A stretch of 64,000 bases of DNA from Candidatus Cloacimonadota bacterium. Its GTDB lineage: Bacteria > Cloacimonadota > Cloacimonadia > JGIOTU-2. Below the pieces are notes generated by a model, which was not told where the DNA came from, did no database searches, and saw only the letters and a list, made by a program, of their open reading frames with translations. The translations under genes were made by a program, and so were the position numbers. Location of the stretch: the NCBI GenBank assembly GCA_049903315.1, contig JBNGBT010000011.1:1-64000 (forward strand), written 5' to 3'. Position 1 is the first letter of the stretch, and every line of letters starts with the position of its first letter. Positions 39,944 through 51,752 of the stretch are shown here, one piece after another.

Positions 39944-40873
39944 TTAATCTTCATCATATAATGAAATCAGTTCACAAGCTATTCTGCTTCCGATCGTTGC
40001 GTTATTTTTCACCAATTCAATATTCGATGCTAAACTTTTCCCATCTGTAATTTCCTTAATAGCATCGAGCAAAAACGGTGTGATTTTTTTGCCAGTGATG
40101 TTCATTTTTTTAGCTTGCATGAGTGCTTTTTCAATTGCATTATTGATGAGATCACTGTCCATTTCAAACTGTTCGGGGATTGGATTTGCAATGACCACTC
40201 CTCCTTTGAGACCAAGCTCCCATTTTGCTTTTAGCAATTCTGCAATTTCTCTTGGAGTTTCTAGTCCGAAATCGACTTTGAAGCCACTTGTACGTGTATA
40301 GAATGCAGGCATATCATCCGTCTGGAATCCGATAACTGGCACGCCATGTGTTTCAAGATATTCAAGAGTAAGACCTATATCGAGAATTGCTTTGGGTCCT
40401 GCACACACTACAGCTACATTGGTCTTTGTCAGTTCTTGCAGATCAGCAGAAATATCGAAAGTTTCCGATGCGCCCCGATGCACTCCGCCGATCCCGCCTG
40501 TGACAAATACTTTAATTCCTGAAAGCTGGGAGATGATCATCGTTGCGGCAACGGTTGTAGCCCCATGTAACTTTTGTGAGATTACAAAAGGAATATCTCT
40601 TCGAGATACTTTTTGGATATCCTTGCTTTTTGCCAGAAATTCAAGCTCATAATCTGACAAACCAACCTTCATTATTCCTTTGAGTATTGCAATAGTGGCA
40701 GGCACTGCACCGTTATCGCGAACAACCTGTTCGACCTCTTTTGCAGTTTGGACATTTTCAGGATACGGCATGCCGTGCGAAATGATCGTCGACTCGAGTG
40801 CAACAACAGGTTTCCCAAGATTTAATGCTTCCCGAACTTCAGGGGAGATTTCAAGATAGTTATTCTTCATCAT
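39944..40873 (-). CDS. psuG: Pseudouridine-5'-phosphate glycosidase
   Basis: VALESTIISHGMPYP, KVSRRD, TGGIGGVHRG, DISADL, TLEYLET and TPFLL. Confidence 0.95.
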   Translation of the reverse strand: MMKNNYLEISPEVREALNLGKPVVALESTIISHGMPYPENVQTAKEVEQVVRDNGAVPATIAILKGIMKVGLSDYELEFLAKSKDIQKVSRRDIPFVISQKLHGATTVAATMIISQLSGIKVFVTGGIGGVHRGASETFDISADLQELTKTNVAVVCAGPKAILDIGLTLEYLETHGVPVIGFQTDDMPAFYTRTSGFKVDFGLETPREIAELLKAKWELGLKGGVVIANPIPEQFEMDSDLINNAIEKALMQAKKMNITGKKITPFLLDAIKEITDGKSLASNIELVKNNATIGSRIACELISLYDED

Positions 40874-40982
40874 TCTCTTTCAATTTTACTTTTGATGACA
40901 ATCATATTATGAGTAAAATATGTCAAAATTTATAGCTTATAGACAAAATTGTTGGGTATCATTTCCAGACGTAAATATTTTA

Positions 40983-41012
40983 GTAGAGCCGTCGGGGACC
41001 ACTCCCCGACGG
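40983..41012. repeat. GC-rich REP-like hairpin
   Basis: GTAG followed by a perfect 10-bp stem CCGTCGGGGA (40989-40998) / TCCCCGACGG (41003-41012) with a 4-nt loop, in an AT-rich divergent intergenic region. Confidence 0.5.
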
Positions 41013-41106
41013 ACACCATTCTCATAAATTTTACAAATAAATTGCATTAAAATTCCATCCCTGCGTTTATTGAATGTAATCATGTTATCTAGAATCAGGA
41101 GTTCTC

Positions 41107-44070
41107 ATGGATATTACAAAACTCAATTATTATTATAATAAATTTAAATTCGGCGAAGATAACTTTCATAACCTTATGAAGAATCGCATCAAAGAAATAC
41201 TGCTTGTATCCACTTTTTACGATGCCTTCATTTTCGAACAGGACGGGCGACTTTCAGAGCAGATATTCGGTGAATACCGCCAACTCAATCTTAGTACCGC
41301 ACCGCGCATTACAAGTGTGCCTACAGGCAAACAAGCTTTGGAGTTGCTGAAAAAACGATCATTCGATCTTGTAATCACGATGATGAGGATCGGTGAGATA
41401 AGTCCCTTTGAATTAAGCCGCAGCATTAAACAGAAATACCCGAATATGCCCATTCTTCTGCTTCTCAATGTGCAGTCCGACATCTCAATTGTTGAAAAGA
41501 ATGAAAACGAGTTGCAGTACATTGATAAAGTTTTTTTATGGAACGGGGACACCAAACTATTCCTTGCGATGATCAAAATGATCGAAGACGGTCGCAACGT
41601 GGAATATGACACAAAACAGGGTTATGTGCGGGTTATTTTACTCATCGAGGATTCGATCAAATATTATTCCATGTTCCTCCCTCTGCTTTACGCCGAAATA
41701 CTTAAACAAACACAGCGACTCATCAATGAAGAACTGAGTGACATCAATAAACGTCTCAAGATGCGTGCACGTCCAAAAGTTTTACTGGTCCAATCCTATC
41801 AAGAAGCAATAAGTTTAGTAGAGAAATACCAGGAATATATGGTTGCGGTGATCTCTGATGTGAAATTTTATAATAACGGTATTTTGGATGATGTTGCGGG
41901 ATTCAAGCTTATTGATAGAATGAAAAAAAAGCATCTGGATATACCTGTCATTTTGCAATCCTCAGATATTGAGAACGAAGAAAAAGCTCAAAACCTCAGA
42001 GTAAATTTTCTTAACAAAACTTCCAAAACTCTCCTTCATGATCTTCGTACTATTATCACAAATAATCTTGGATATGGCGATTTTGTTTTCAGAAATAAGG
42101 CAGGCGCAGAGATGGATAGAGCAGCAACAATGCTTGAGTTTGAGCAAAAGATCGAAACTCTCCCTGGAGAATCGATTCTCTATCATGGTGAGAGAAATCA
42201 TTTCTCGAGCTGGCTCATCGCACATGGAGAAATTCAGGTTGCAAAGAAGATACTCCCTGAAAAAATTGAGGATTTCAAAGATGTCGAAGAATTGAGAAGC
42301 TACCTCCTTAAAGTATTTCGTACTGTTCGCAAAAACAGCACCCGTGGAAAAATAATCAATTTTCAAGCGTCTGCACTCACCGAAGTTGATCAGATAATCC
42401 GTCTTGCAGAGGGTTCATTAGGCGGAAAAGGGCGAGGTCTTGCATTTCTTAATGCGCTTCTCGTCACAATGGAATTTGAAGACGAATTTCCTGAAGTGAA
42501 TATTGCCCTTCCCAGCACCTGCATTATCGGCACCTCAGAATATGATTCATTTATTGAAAGGAATAAAATTGGTGAGTGGGTCATTTCAAAATCCGATTCA
42601 GAAATTCAGGAAATATTTATAAAAGGCACTTTATCAAAGCAATTGATCAACAAATTAGAAGTTATTCTAGAGCAGATCACATACCCTCTAGCAGTGCGGT
42701 CATCGGGGCTTCTCGAGGATTCGCAATCTCAACCTTTCGCAGGAATTTATAAAACTTATCTACTACCTAACAATAACGATGATAAAAAGCTTCGGCTGCA
42801 GCAGCTCTGCAATGCCATCAAACTTGTGTTTTCCTCAGCATATCTCGAGGGAGCTCGTAGTTACATCGAGAGCATCAATTATAAAGTGGAAGAAGAAAAA
42901 ATGGCTGTGATCATTCAGGAAATTGTTGGCTCAGAATTTGATAGTTGTTATTATCCACACTTTTCCGGCGTCGGTCAGTCCCATAACTTCTATCCTGTAT
43001 CCTATCTGAAAAACAGTGATGGTGTCGTCTCTGTAGCAGTCGGATTGGGTAAAACTGTTGTTGAAGGTGAACGCACTTTCAGATTCTGTCCTAAACATCC
43101 AAAAATGGACATCATTCCTCCGGTTGAACAGGTAAAGGAATCACAAGACTTTTTATATGCCGTGGCAATGGATAAATCCTCTTTCAATCTCCTTGATGGA
43201 GAGGATGTCACCCTTGAAAAAATGCGCATCAACCAAGTAGAAAAACATGGAACACTGTCGCATACAACATCTACATGGGATTATGAAAACAATCGTCTCG
43301 TGAATGGAGCGATAAAAAATGGGTCGAAAATTGTCACGTTTGCAGATATCTTAAAATATAATTATTTTCCTCTTGCTAAAATCATGGAAGAGATACTTGA
43401 TATCGGAGAAAAAGCGCTTGGAATGCCAGTAGAGATCGAGTTTGCAGTGGATCTTACAAAAAATGAAAAAGAGAAAATATATCCTACTTTTTATATTCTA
43501 CAGATCAGACCTCTGACCATAAATACGGAAAATATTACTATCGATACTGAACATCTGAAAAGAAACGAGCTGATACTTTACACTGTAAAAGGCATGGGCA
43601 ACGGTATTATAGATTCCGTGTATGATGTAATTTTTGTTGATCCTGACACATGGGATAGAACGAAAACTATACAAATGCACCATGAGATCTCAGAATTGAA
43701 TAAACGAATGAGAGCTGAAGGCAGAAATTATATTCTTATTGGACCAGGACGATGGGGCTCACGAGATAGGTTTCTCGGTATCCCGGTAAAATGGATGGAT
43801 ATTAATATGGCGAAGATAATTGTCGAAACAGGGAGTGAAAATTTTGCTGTTGATAGTTCGCAGGGAACACATTTCTTCCACAATCTCGTATCTATGGATG
43901 TAGGATATTTTAGCATCCCCCATCATTCTGAGATTGATTTCGTGGATTGGGATTGGCTAAAACTTCAAAAGATTATTGAAAAGACCGACCACTTTTTCCA
44001 TATGCAGATTGATCACCCACTGGTTATTAAAATGGATGGCTACAAAGGCTTGGCTGTTATTTATAAATAG
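41107..44070 (+). CDS. Receiver-like domains fused to a PEP synthase/PPDK N-terminal ATP-grasp domain
   Basis: Two REC-like segments, GSLGGKGRGLAF, AVRSSGLLEDS..FAGIYKT, AVGLGKTVVEG and ILQIRP. No phosphohistidine swivel or PEP-binding barrel domain is evident. Confidence 0.85.
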   Translation: MDITKLNYYYNKFKFGEDNFHNLMKNRIKEILLVSTFYDAFIFEQDGRLSEQIFGEYRQLNLSTAPRITSVPTGKQALELLKKRSFDLVITMMRIGEISPFELSRSIKQKYPNMPILLLLNVQSDISIVEKNENELQYIDKVFLWNGDTKLFLAMIKMIEDGRNVEYDTKQGYVRVILLIEDSIKYYSMFLPLLYAEILKQTQRLINEELSDINKRLKMRARPKVLLVQSYQEAISLVEKYQEYMVAVISDVKFYNNGILDDVAGFKLIDRMKKKHLDIPVILQSSDIENEEKAQNLRVNFLNKTSKTLLHDLRTIITNNLGYGDFVFRNKAGAEMDRAATMLEFEQKIETLPGESILYHGERNHFSSWLIAHGEIQVAKKILPEKIEDFKDVEELRSYLLKVFRTVRKNSTRGKIINFQASALTEVDQIIRLAEGSLGGKGRGLAFLNALLVTMEFEDEFPEVNIALPSTCIIGTSEYDSFIERNKIGEWVISKSDSEIQEIFIKGTLSKQLINKLEVILEQITYPLAVRSSGLLEDSQSQPFAGIYKTYLLPNNNDDKKLRLQQLCNAIKLVFSSAYLEGARSYIESINYKVEEEKMAVIIQEIVGSEFDSCYYPHFSGVGQSHNFYPVSYLKNSDGVVSVAVGLGKTVVEGERTFRFCPKHPKMDIIPPVEQVKESQDFLYAVAMDKSSFNLLDGEDVTLEKMRINQVEKHGTLSHTTSTWDYENNRLVNGAIKNGSKIVTFADILKYNYFPLAKIMEEILDIGEKALGMPVEIEFAVDLTKNEKEKIYPTFYILQIRPLTINTENITIDTEHLKRNELILYTVKGMGNGIIDSVYDVIFVDPDTWDRTKTIQMHHEISELNKRMRAEGRNYILIGPGRWGSRDRFLGIPVKWMDINMAKIIVETGSENFAVDSSQGTHFFHNLVSMDVGYFSIPHHSEIDFVDWDWLKLQKIIEKTDHFFHMQIDHPLVIKMDGYKGLAVIYK

Positions 44071-44073
44071 CTA

Positions 44074-44841
44074 TCAACACCATTCGTCATTGAGAGTGTT
44101 CGTCAGTTCTTCAACTTTATTTATCACTATTGGTAGTTTGATTCTCAGATCATTGAAATCTTTCACATACAACAGGTCTTTTACAAATTCATGATCTTCT
44201 TTGGTCCAATCCCGATATGAATAGAGCAAACCGAAATCATGTTTCGCAGGACGATTTTTTACATTGAGCAGGAATGCCAATCTTCCTAAAATAAGCTTGT
44301 AATACCCATCAAGTGCATCGACGTCTCGTCCTCGAAGCACCTGTTTTTCAAGCTCTATTTTATTAATGAAAAAGGATTTCTTAAAGTATTTCAATTTGGG
44401 TACGATCTTCTTTTTGAAATCCTCATCAGGCATAGGTGTTCCATCCATCAGCCCTTTTTTATCAAACCACACAACAGAATTTCCGTGCCTATTTGATTCC
44501 ATAAACCTGTTCCCGGCGGAAAGCTTTTCTATGAGCAGATCTACATAGAAAAATTTGGGCGAATCTTTGAGCAGGTAAAAGACCTGCGAGTGACCATGCC
44601 AGCAAGGTTCCGGAATGCGGAGCTTTTCTTTGATCCCGCAATTTTCCTCAAGATATTCTTCTGTTTTTTGGAACAATTCTTCCACATAATCATCATCGCA
44701 GATCAATGCCATATCGAGGTCTGAATAGTCGTCATCAAAGCCGGTTGCGACGGAACCGCCTTCCCATGCAGTGTGAACTTTCTCATCGGATTCCCAGAAT
44801 TTTTTTAATTTTTCACAAAGTAATTTTTTATATTCAAGCAT
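44074..44841 (-). CDS. Pol-beta-superfamily nucleotidyltransferase
   Basis: WEGGSVATGFDDDYSDLD (GS...DxD) and YVDL. Confidence 0.75.
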   Translation of the reverse strand: MLEYKKLLCEKLKKFWESDEKVHTAWEGGSVATGFDDDYSDLDMALICDDDYVEELFQKTEEYLEENCGIKEKLRIPEPCWHGHSQVFYLLKDSPKFFYVDLLIEKLSAGNRFMESNRHGNSVVWFDKKGLMDGTPMPDEDFKKKIVPKLKYFKKSFFINKIELEKQVLRGRDVDALDGYYKLILGRLAFLLNVKNRPAKHDFGLLYSYRDWTKEDHEFVKDLLYVKDFNDLRIKLPIVINKVEELTNTLNDEWC

Positions 44842-44914
44842 GTGCTCCCCTTTAAGATTTTCTTTTTCTTGGAAAGGAGATGTGGGCAGTCAATGTTTTT
44901 GCATAAATATTTGA

Positions 44915-46315
<1,401 letters not shown>

Positions 46316-46340
46316 TTAGTAATTCTCCCATAAAGTATAG

Positions 46341-46369
46341 AAGCCCTCTAAATTTTAGAGGGCTTTTTT
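46341..46369 (+). terminator. Intrinsic terminator after gdhA, possibly bidirectional
   Basis: Stem AAGCCCTCTAA / TTAGAGGGCTT followed by a T-run. Confidence 0.85.
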
Positions 46370-46391
46370 ATTGGGGGAATTATCAATAAAT

Positions 46392-49300
46392 CTATTTCTT
46401 ACCTAACATCTCTTCTTTGAAATCAAGTATTTTCTTTCTCGTGACATTAAGATCGAGAGTAGCTCTCGCGATTGACGGCTTGTGTGAAAATGTTAACTGT
46501 ATCTTCTCTGCGGCATCCTCTGAGGGCACATATCTACTCTCAATTAATTCATCTGTTTTCAATCCTTTATTAGCCTCGTTCGTAAGCTCTTCAAACGTGA
46601 TTTCCAGCCCGAGAAGATCCTTCAACAAATACCAGTTCTCTCTTCCCGTGAGCGTGTTGCGCACTTTTTTTATTTGCTGAATAACATTATTGTCATTCGT
46701 GATCGTACCATCAGATTCTATAAATGGGTTGAGTGGTAAAACCACATGCGCTATCTTTGCAGTTTCAGTCATAAAAGTATCCGCAACAAGGAGAAAATCG
46801 AGATTATTCAACCACTCATAAATATCCATTTTGTTGTTATACAGAGGATCCTCTCCAAATATTGCAGCTGCTTGAAGTTTCTGATAATTTTTCACGGGTA
46901 CAAATCCATATTCAAGCATGTAGGGCTTGTTAGCGAGCTCGGAACAGTTTACAATACCGTTTCCTTTAGTGCCAATATTACCACGCAGCATACTCATATT
47001 GAAAATTGCATTTTGCGTATCATAATCCAGGTCACTTTCTGAATAAACGAATACGACCTTGCTGAATGACAATAAATCATGAGCAAGATCCATAAATTCG
47101 TCTGTTTGAATCGTATGCTGAAGCTGATGATTGAAATCAACAAAATTACCAATGGTTCGGGCAATATATTCAATATTATGATGTCGGTATTCAACGAGAT
47201 ATTTTGTGAACTCATTGATTACTTCAATATAATAGTTTGTTGCAATATGAAAATGTGCGCGTCGTGCAAATCTATTCTCATCAGGATGGATCAGCATCAA
47301 TTTTGCACCGCTATTAAGTGCTTGCATGATCTTCACGCCAACTGTATGGGTGACATCCCCTATCAAAACAATAAGCTCCGCTTCATTAAGATCAGCACTT
47401 GGATTTGGTGAAAAATTAATGCCAAGTTTATCCTTCACTACCGAACCGTTGAGTTCCCATGAGAATTTCTTGTTGCACTTATACTGTTTCGCTAATTTGC
47501 TGATAAGATACAACTCCTCGTTCGTGTAATTTCCATTACTGAAGAAAGCTACATTTTTTTCGAGTTCGGTCAATTTATCAGTGATATAATCTATGGCTTC
47601 ATCCCAATCAACAGGTTGAAGTTGATCATCTATACGGATCATCGGTTGTGTAATTCGCTCGTGCGATTGAAGCACTTCATACCCAAAATGAGCATTGAAG
47701 CATACATTGTTACCAGTGATCGGGCTGTCAGCAGCTTGTGCTTTCATGATGATATCATTTTCTTTAAAATAGGTGACACTGCAACCTGCTCCACATAAAG
47801 CACAGGTTGTCTGAACTTCTTCAAAATCGAGTGGTGCAAGTTTATATTCAGTATTTCTTGGAGTGAGTGCACCGACAGGACATACATCGATGCATTTGCC
47901 GCAGCTTAAGCAGGATGTATTCATGAGCGATTCTCCGAATTCAGGAGCAACAAGTGTTTTGAATCCGCGATAAATATATCCTAATGCACCTACTCCCTGA
48001 ATATCGAGACATGTTCTCACACATCGTCCACAATTCACGCACTTGTTTGCATCTCGAAGAATAAATGGATGAGTTTTGTCTATAGGATGGTTGTTGACTT
48101 CTCCCATAAAATGCGATGCAATGACATCATAATCTGTGGCATACTTGCGCAGCACACAAGTGGGATTGACGTCGCATCCGCACTCGATACAGCGCGCAGT
48201 CTCATCCTGAGCCTGCTTATCTGTGTAGATTTTTTCAACTTCGTTAAAATTTGAAATGCGATCTTCTGCTTTAAGATGTCCCGAAATTAATCGAGATGCT
48301 TTCTCATATTCTTTGAAATCCTCAGGATCAAGGTCTTTGTATGATTCAGCTTTTTTGCTGTTAAATTTTTCTTTCAGAGAAATTATCTTTTCACCCTTCA
48401 GGAATGAGTCAATGCTTTGTGCTGCTTTGTAGCCGTCAGTTATGCTTTCTACCACAGTTGAAGGACCTCGAGTAAGATCGCCGCCTGCAAATATCTTATC
48501 AATATTTGTGTGCATTGTATTCTCATCAACTTCAATCGTGCTCCAACGGGTAAGGTTCAGGTTTTTGCCTTTTATTTGAGCTATTTCATCGAGCAGAAAT
48601 TGTGTTTTCGGCTTCTGGCTGACTGCCGGAATGACCATATCCACCTGCATAATAAATTCAGAATTTTCGATAGGCACAGGTCTGCGTCTACCGCTGCTAT
48701 CCGGTTCACCCAACCGCATTTTTATAACCTGCATACCCTCAACTTTGCCATCTTTTCCAATGATCTTGGTGGGATTCTGTAAGAGATGAAGCTCAATGCC
48801 TTCTTCTTTTGCATCTAAAATTTCCACTTCATCAGCAGGCATCTGTTCTTCTGCGCGGCGGTACACGATCATGACTTTCTCTGCACCAAGACGAACTGCC
48901 GTTCTCGCTGCATCGATCGCGGTATTTCCACCGCCGATAACTGCAACGTTTTTCCCGACATTCTTGATCTTTCCCTCAACAACATCACGCAGAAAATCAA
49001 TGCCGAGATGACAACCTTTGAGGTCTTCACCTTCGATATTCATACTGACAGCAGTCCAAGCACCAAATCCCAAAAAAACTGCATCGTATTCTTTATATAG
49101 AAATTGAAGCGTGAAATCCCTTCCAAGCTGCTCATTGTTATGGATCTCAACGCCAAGTTTTGTTATCAGTTCTATCTCTTTATCAAGAATTTCTTTGGGT
49201 AATCTGTATTCGGGAATCCCGTATCGAAGCATACCTCCACTTTCTGGCATGGCTTCGTAAATTTTACATTTGTGCCCCTGTTGAGCGAGATAATAGGCAA

Positions 49301-49925
49301 CCGTCAAACCTGCTGGACCTGCACCGACAATTGCAATTTCTTTACCAGTAGAGGGTTTGCATTCGGGAATATATGTATTTGCGGAATCTTCGAGATCTTT
49401 ATCTGCGGCATATCGTTTTATCTGGCGTATAGCAATGGGCTCATCAACGATCTGACGACGGCATTCTTTTTCACAAAAGGCAGGACATACTCGTCCGACA
49501 GAAAGCGGTAATGGCAACCGTTGTTTAATAAGTTTTACTGCCTCATGATATAATCCATCATTCACTAGTGCCACATAACCTTGCACATCGACCCGTGCGG
49601 GGCATTCTAAAATACACGGAGCAGTACAATCCGCATAATGATCCGAAAGGAGAAGTTCGAGAGCCATCTGCCGCCCAGCACGCACCTCTTCGGAATCAGT
49701 ATATATCTCCATTCCTTCATACACTTTTGTCGCGCAGGAAGGAACAAATCCTTTTGCACCTTTGACTTCCACCAGACATACCCAGCATGAGCCATAGGGC
49801 TTTAAATATTTATCATGGCAAAGAGTCGGTATCTCTATACCATATTCAGTGGCAACTTCCAGGATTGTCTGCCCTTGTTTTGCAGTTACTTCATTTCCAT
49901 TTAATAAAATTTTTATATCTGCCAT
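46392..49925 (-). CDS. Fe-S flavoprotein large subunit: 2Fe-2S + GltD-like FAD/NAD(P)H domain + 2x[4Fe-4S] + degenerate molybdopterin-fold (NuoG-like) domain
   Basis: IPTLCH..GSCWVCLVE..PSC, GRVCPAFCE, VGAGPAG, IGGGNTAIDAAR, YRR, CVNCGRCVRTC, CLSCGKCIDVCP and TTCALCGAGC. Confidence 0.88.
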   Translation of the reverse strand: MADIKILLNGNEVTAKQGQTILEVATEYGIEIPTLCHDKYLKPYGSCWVCLVEVKGAKGFVPSCATKVYEGMEIYTDSEEVRAGRQMALELLLSDHYADCTAPCILECPARVDVQGYVALVNDGLYHEAVKLIKQRLPLPLSVGRVCPAFCEKECRRQIVDEPIAIRQIKRYAADKDLEDSANTYIPECKPSTGKEIAIVGAGPAGLTVAYYLAQQGHKCKIYEAMPESGGMLRYGIPEYRLPKEILDKEIELITKLGVEIHNNEQLGRDFTLQFLYKEYDAVFLGFGAWTAVSMNIEGEDLKGCHLGIDFLRDVVEGKIKNVGKNVAVIGGGNTAIDAARTAVRLGAEKVMIVYRRAEEQMPADEVEILDAKEEGIELHLLQNPTKIIGKDGKVEGMQVIKMRLGEPDSSGRRRPVPIENSEFIMQVDMVIPAVSQKPKTQFLLDEIAQIKGKNLNLTRWSTIEVDENTMHTNIDKIFAGGDLTRGPSTVVESITDGYKAAQSIDSFLKGEKIISLKEKFNSKKAESYKDLDPEDFKEYEKASRLISGHLKAEDRISNFNEVEKIYTDKQAQDETARCIECGCDVNPTCVLRKYATDYDVIASHFMGEVNNHPIDKTHPFILRDANKCVNCGRCVRTCLDIQGVGALGYIYRGFKTLVAPEFGESLMNTSCLSCGKCIDVCPVGALTPRNTEYKLAPLDFEEVQTTCALCGAGCSVTYFKENDIIMKAQAADSPITGNNVCFNAHFGYEVLQSHERITQPMIRIDDQLQPVDWDEAIDYITDKLTELEKNVAFFSNGNYTNEELYLISKLAKQYKCNKKFSWELNGSVVKDKLGINFSPNPSADLNEAELIVLIGDVTHTVGVKIMQALNSGAKLMLIHPDENRFARRAHFHIATNYYIEVINEFTKYLVEYRHHNIEYIARTIGNFVDFNHQLQHTIQTDEFMDLAHDLLSFSKVVFVYSESDLDYDTQNAIFNMSMLRGNIGTKGNGIVNCSELANKPYMLEYGFVPVKNYQKLQAAAIFGEDPLYNNKMDIYEWLNNLDFLLVADTFMTETAKIAHVVLPLNPFIESDGTITNDNNVIQQIKKVRNTLTGRENWYLLKDLLGLEITFEELTNEANKGLKTDELIESRYVPSEDAAEKIQLTFSHKPSIARATLDLNVTRKKILDFKEEMLGKK

Positions 49926-49934
49926 GTGACCCGC

Positions 49935-51713
49935 TTATGATTTTATCACTGCATCAAATTTACATGCGGTCATACACGCGCCGCACTTTATGCAGATATC
50001 TTGATTAATTCCGTGAACTTCTTTTTTCTCACCCGAGATGGCATCTACAGGACATGCTCGTTTGCATGCTCCGCAACCGATGCATTTCTCTTCTACGATG
50101 CTGTATTTCACAAGAGCTTTGCACGCACCTGCAGGGCATGTTTTGTCATTAATATGTGCTTTATATTCATCCCGGAAATACTTGATCGTGGTAAGTACTG
50201 GATTAGGAGCAGTCTGCCCGAGTCCGCACAATGAACCTTTTATGATCTTATATGAAAGGTCTTCCAGTTTTTCAATATCACCCTTTTCACCTTTACCCTG
50301 AGTAATTCTATTAAGGATTTCGAGCATTCGTTTGGTGCCGATACGACAGAAAGTGCATTTTCCGCACGATTCGTCCTGAGTAAAATTCAGAAAGAAACGA
50401 GCCATGTCAACCATGCAGGTCGTATCATCCATCACGACCATACCGCCAGATCCCATGATCGCACCAGTTTTGGTCAGAGAATCATAATCAACTGGTGTAT
50501 CGAGAAGACTTTCGGGAATACATCCGCCGGAAGGACCACCAAGTTGTACTGCCTTAAATTTCCTATCATCAATAATGCCCCCGCCGACTTTGTAGATCAC
50601 ATCACGTAGTGTCATACCCATTGGAACTTCAACCAAGCCGCCGTTCTTAATCTTACCGGTGAGTGCAAAGACTTTGGTGCCTTTGCTTTTCTCGGTACCG
50701 AATTCAGCATACTTATTCGCACCGTTGCGAATAATCCACGGAACATTCGAAAATGTTTCTACATTATTTATATTTGATGGCTTTCCCCATAACCCGGATT
50801 CAGCCGGATAGGGAGGACGAAGAGTTGGCATCCCTCTTTTTCCTTCGATAGAGCACATAAGGGCTGTTTCTTCTCCGCACACAAACGCTCCCGCGCCTTC
50901 ATATACTGTGAGATCAAAATTAAAATCCGATCCCAAAATATTTTTTCCGAGAAAACCTCGTTCTTTGGCTTTCTCGATTGCAATTCGGAGTCGTTTGACC
51001 GCAAGAGGATATTCCGCACGGCAATAGATAAAACCTGTATCAGAGCCGATTGCATATGCACCAATGAGCATACCTTCAAGTAAATTATGAGGATCACCTT
51101 CGAGAACACTTCTATCCATGAATGCGCCCGGATCTCCCTCGTCTGCATTGCAGATTATATATTTTTTATCAGCATAATTGTTATAAGCAAACTGCCATTT
51201 CAGTCCTGTAGGAAAACCGGCACCGCCGCGTCCCCGCAAGCCGCTTTCTTTTATTTCATCGATCACATCGACCGGGGACATATCTTTTACGACTTTTTGC
51301 AGCGCTTCATAACCGCCACGCAAGATATACTCATCGATAGATTCGGGATCGATAACTCCGCAGTTACGAAGGACAATCCTTGTCTGATAATCGAGTATTT
51401 CTTTCTCTTTGCCATCGAACTTGTCAGAAACAACAATATGCTCGGTGAGTGGCTTCTTCTCTATAAAATGTGCAGTCAGGATATCATCAATGTCTTTTGC
51501 GCTGAGATACCCATACATTGTGCTGCCGAATTCGTCATCTTCGATCTCCATCAGCACTTCTGCAAAGCACATACCCACACAACCGGTATGATCCAATTGT
51601 GCTTGTACATCATGCTCTTTGAGGAAAGCTTCCACTTTCTCAAGAACATCTAAACCGCCAGCTGCAATTCCGCAGCTCGCTAAACCGACTTTTATTCTTA
51701 CTGAATTTTCCAA
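49935..51713 (-). CDS. NuoF/HydB-like NADH/FMN-binding subunit with extra ferredoxin domains
   Basis: GLRGRGGAGFPTG, NADEGDPGAFMD, GAFVCGEETAL, CGKCTFCRIG, and C-terminal CIGCGAC and CIKCGAC. Confidence 0.92.
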   Translation of the reverse strand: MENSVRIKVGLASCGIAAGGLDVLEKVEAFLKEHDVQAQLDHTGCVGMCFAEVLMEIEDDEFGSTMYGYLSAKDIDDILTAHFIEKKPLTEHIVVSDKFDGKEKEILDYQTRIVLRNCGVIDPESIDEYILRGGYEALQKVVKDMSPVDVIDEIKESGLRGRGGAGFPTGLKWQFAYNNYADKKYIICNADEGDPGAFMDRSVLEGDPHNLLEGMLIGAYAIGSDTGFIYCRAEYPLAVKRLRIAIEKAKERGFLGKNILGSDFNFDLTVYEGAGAFVCGEETALMCSIEGKRGMPTLRPPYPAESGLWGKPSNINNVETFSNVPWIIRNGANKYAEFGTEKSKGTKVFALTGKIKNGGLVEVPMGMTLRDVIYKVGGGIIDDRKFKAVQLGGPSGGCIPESLLDTPVDYDSLTKTGAIMGSGGMVVMDDTTCMVDMARFFLNFTQDESCGKCTFCRIGTKRMLEILNRITQGKGEKGDIEKLEDLSYKIIKGSLCGLGQTAPNPVLTTIKYFRDEYKAHINDKTCPAGACKALVKYSIVEEKCIGCGACKRACPVDAISGEKKEVHGINQDICIKCGACMTACKFDAVIKS

Positions 51714-51752
51714 ATTCTCTCCGATCTGGTTAAATTTGGTTCGTTAATTTGG

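Noticed and set aside
46392..49925. Formate dehydrogenase or selenoprotein call for the large subunit
   Set aside because: The ORF has no in-frame TGA and no Cys/Sec-His catalytic segment.
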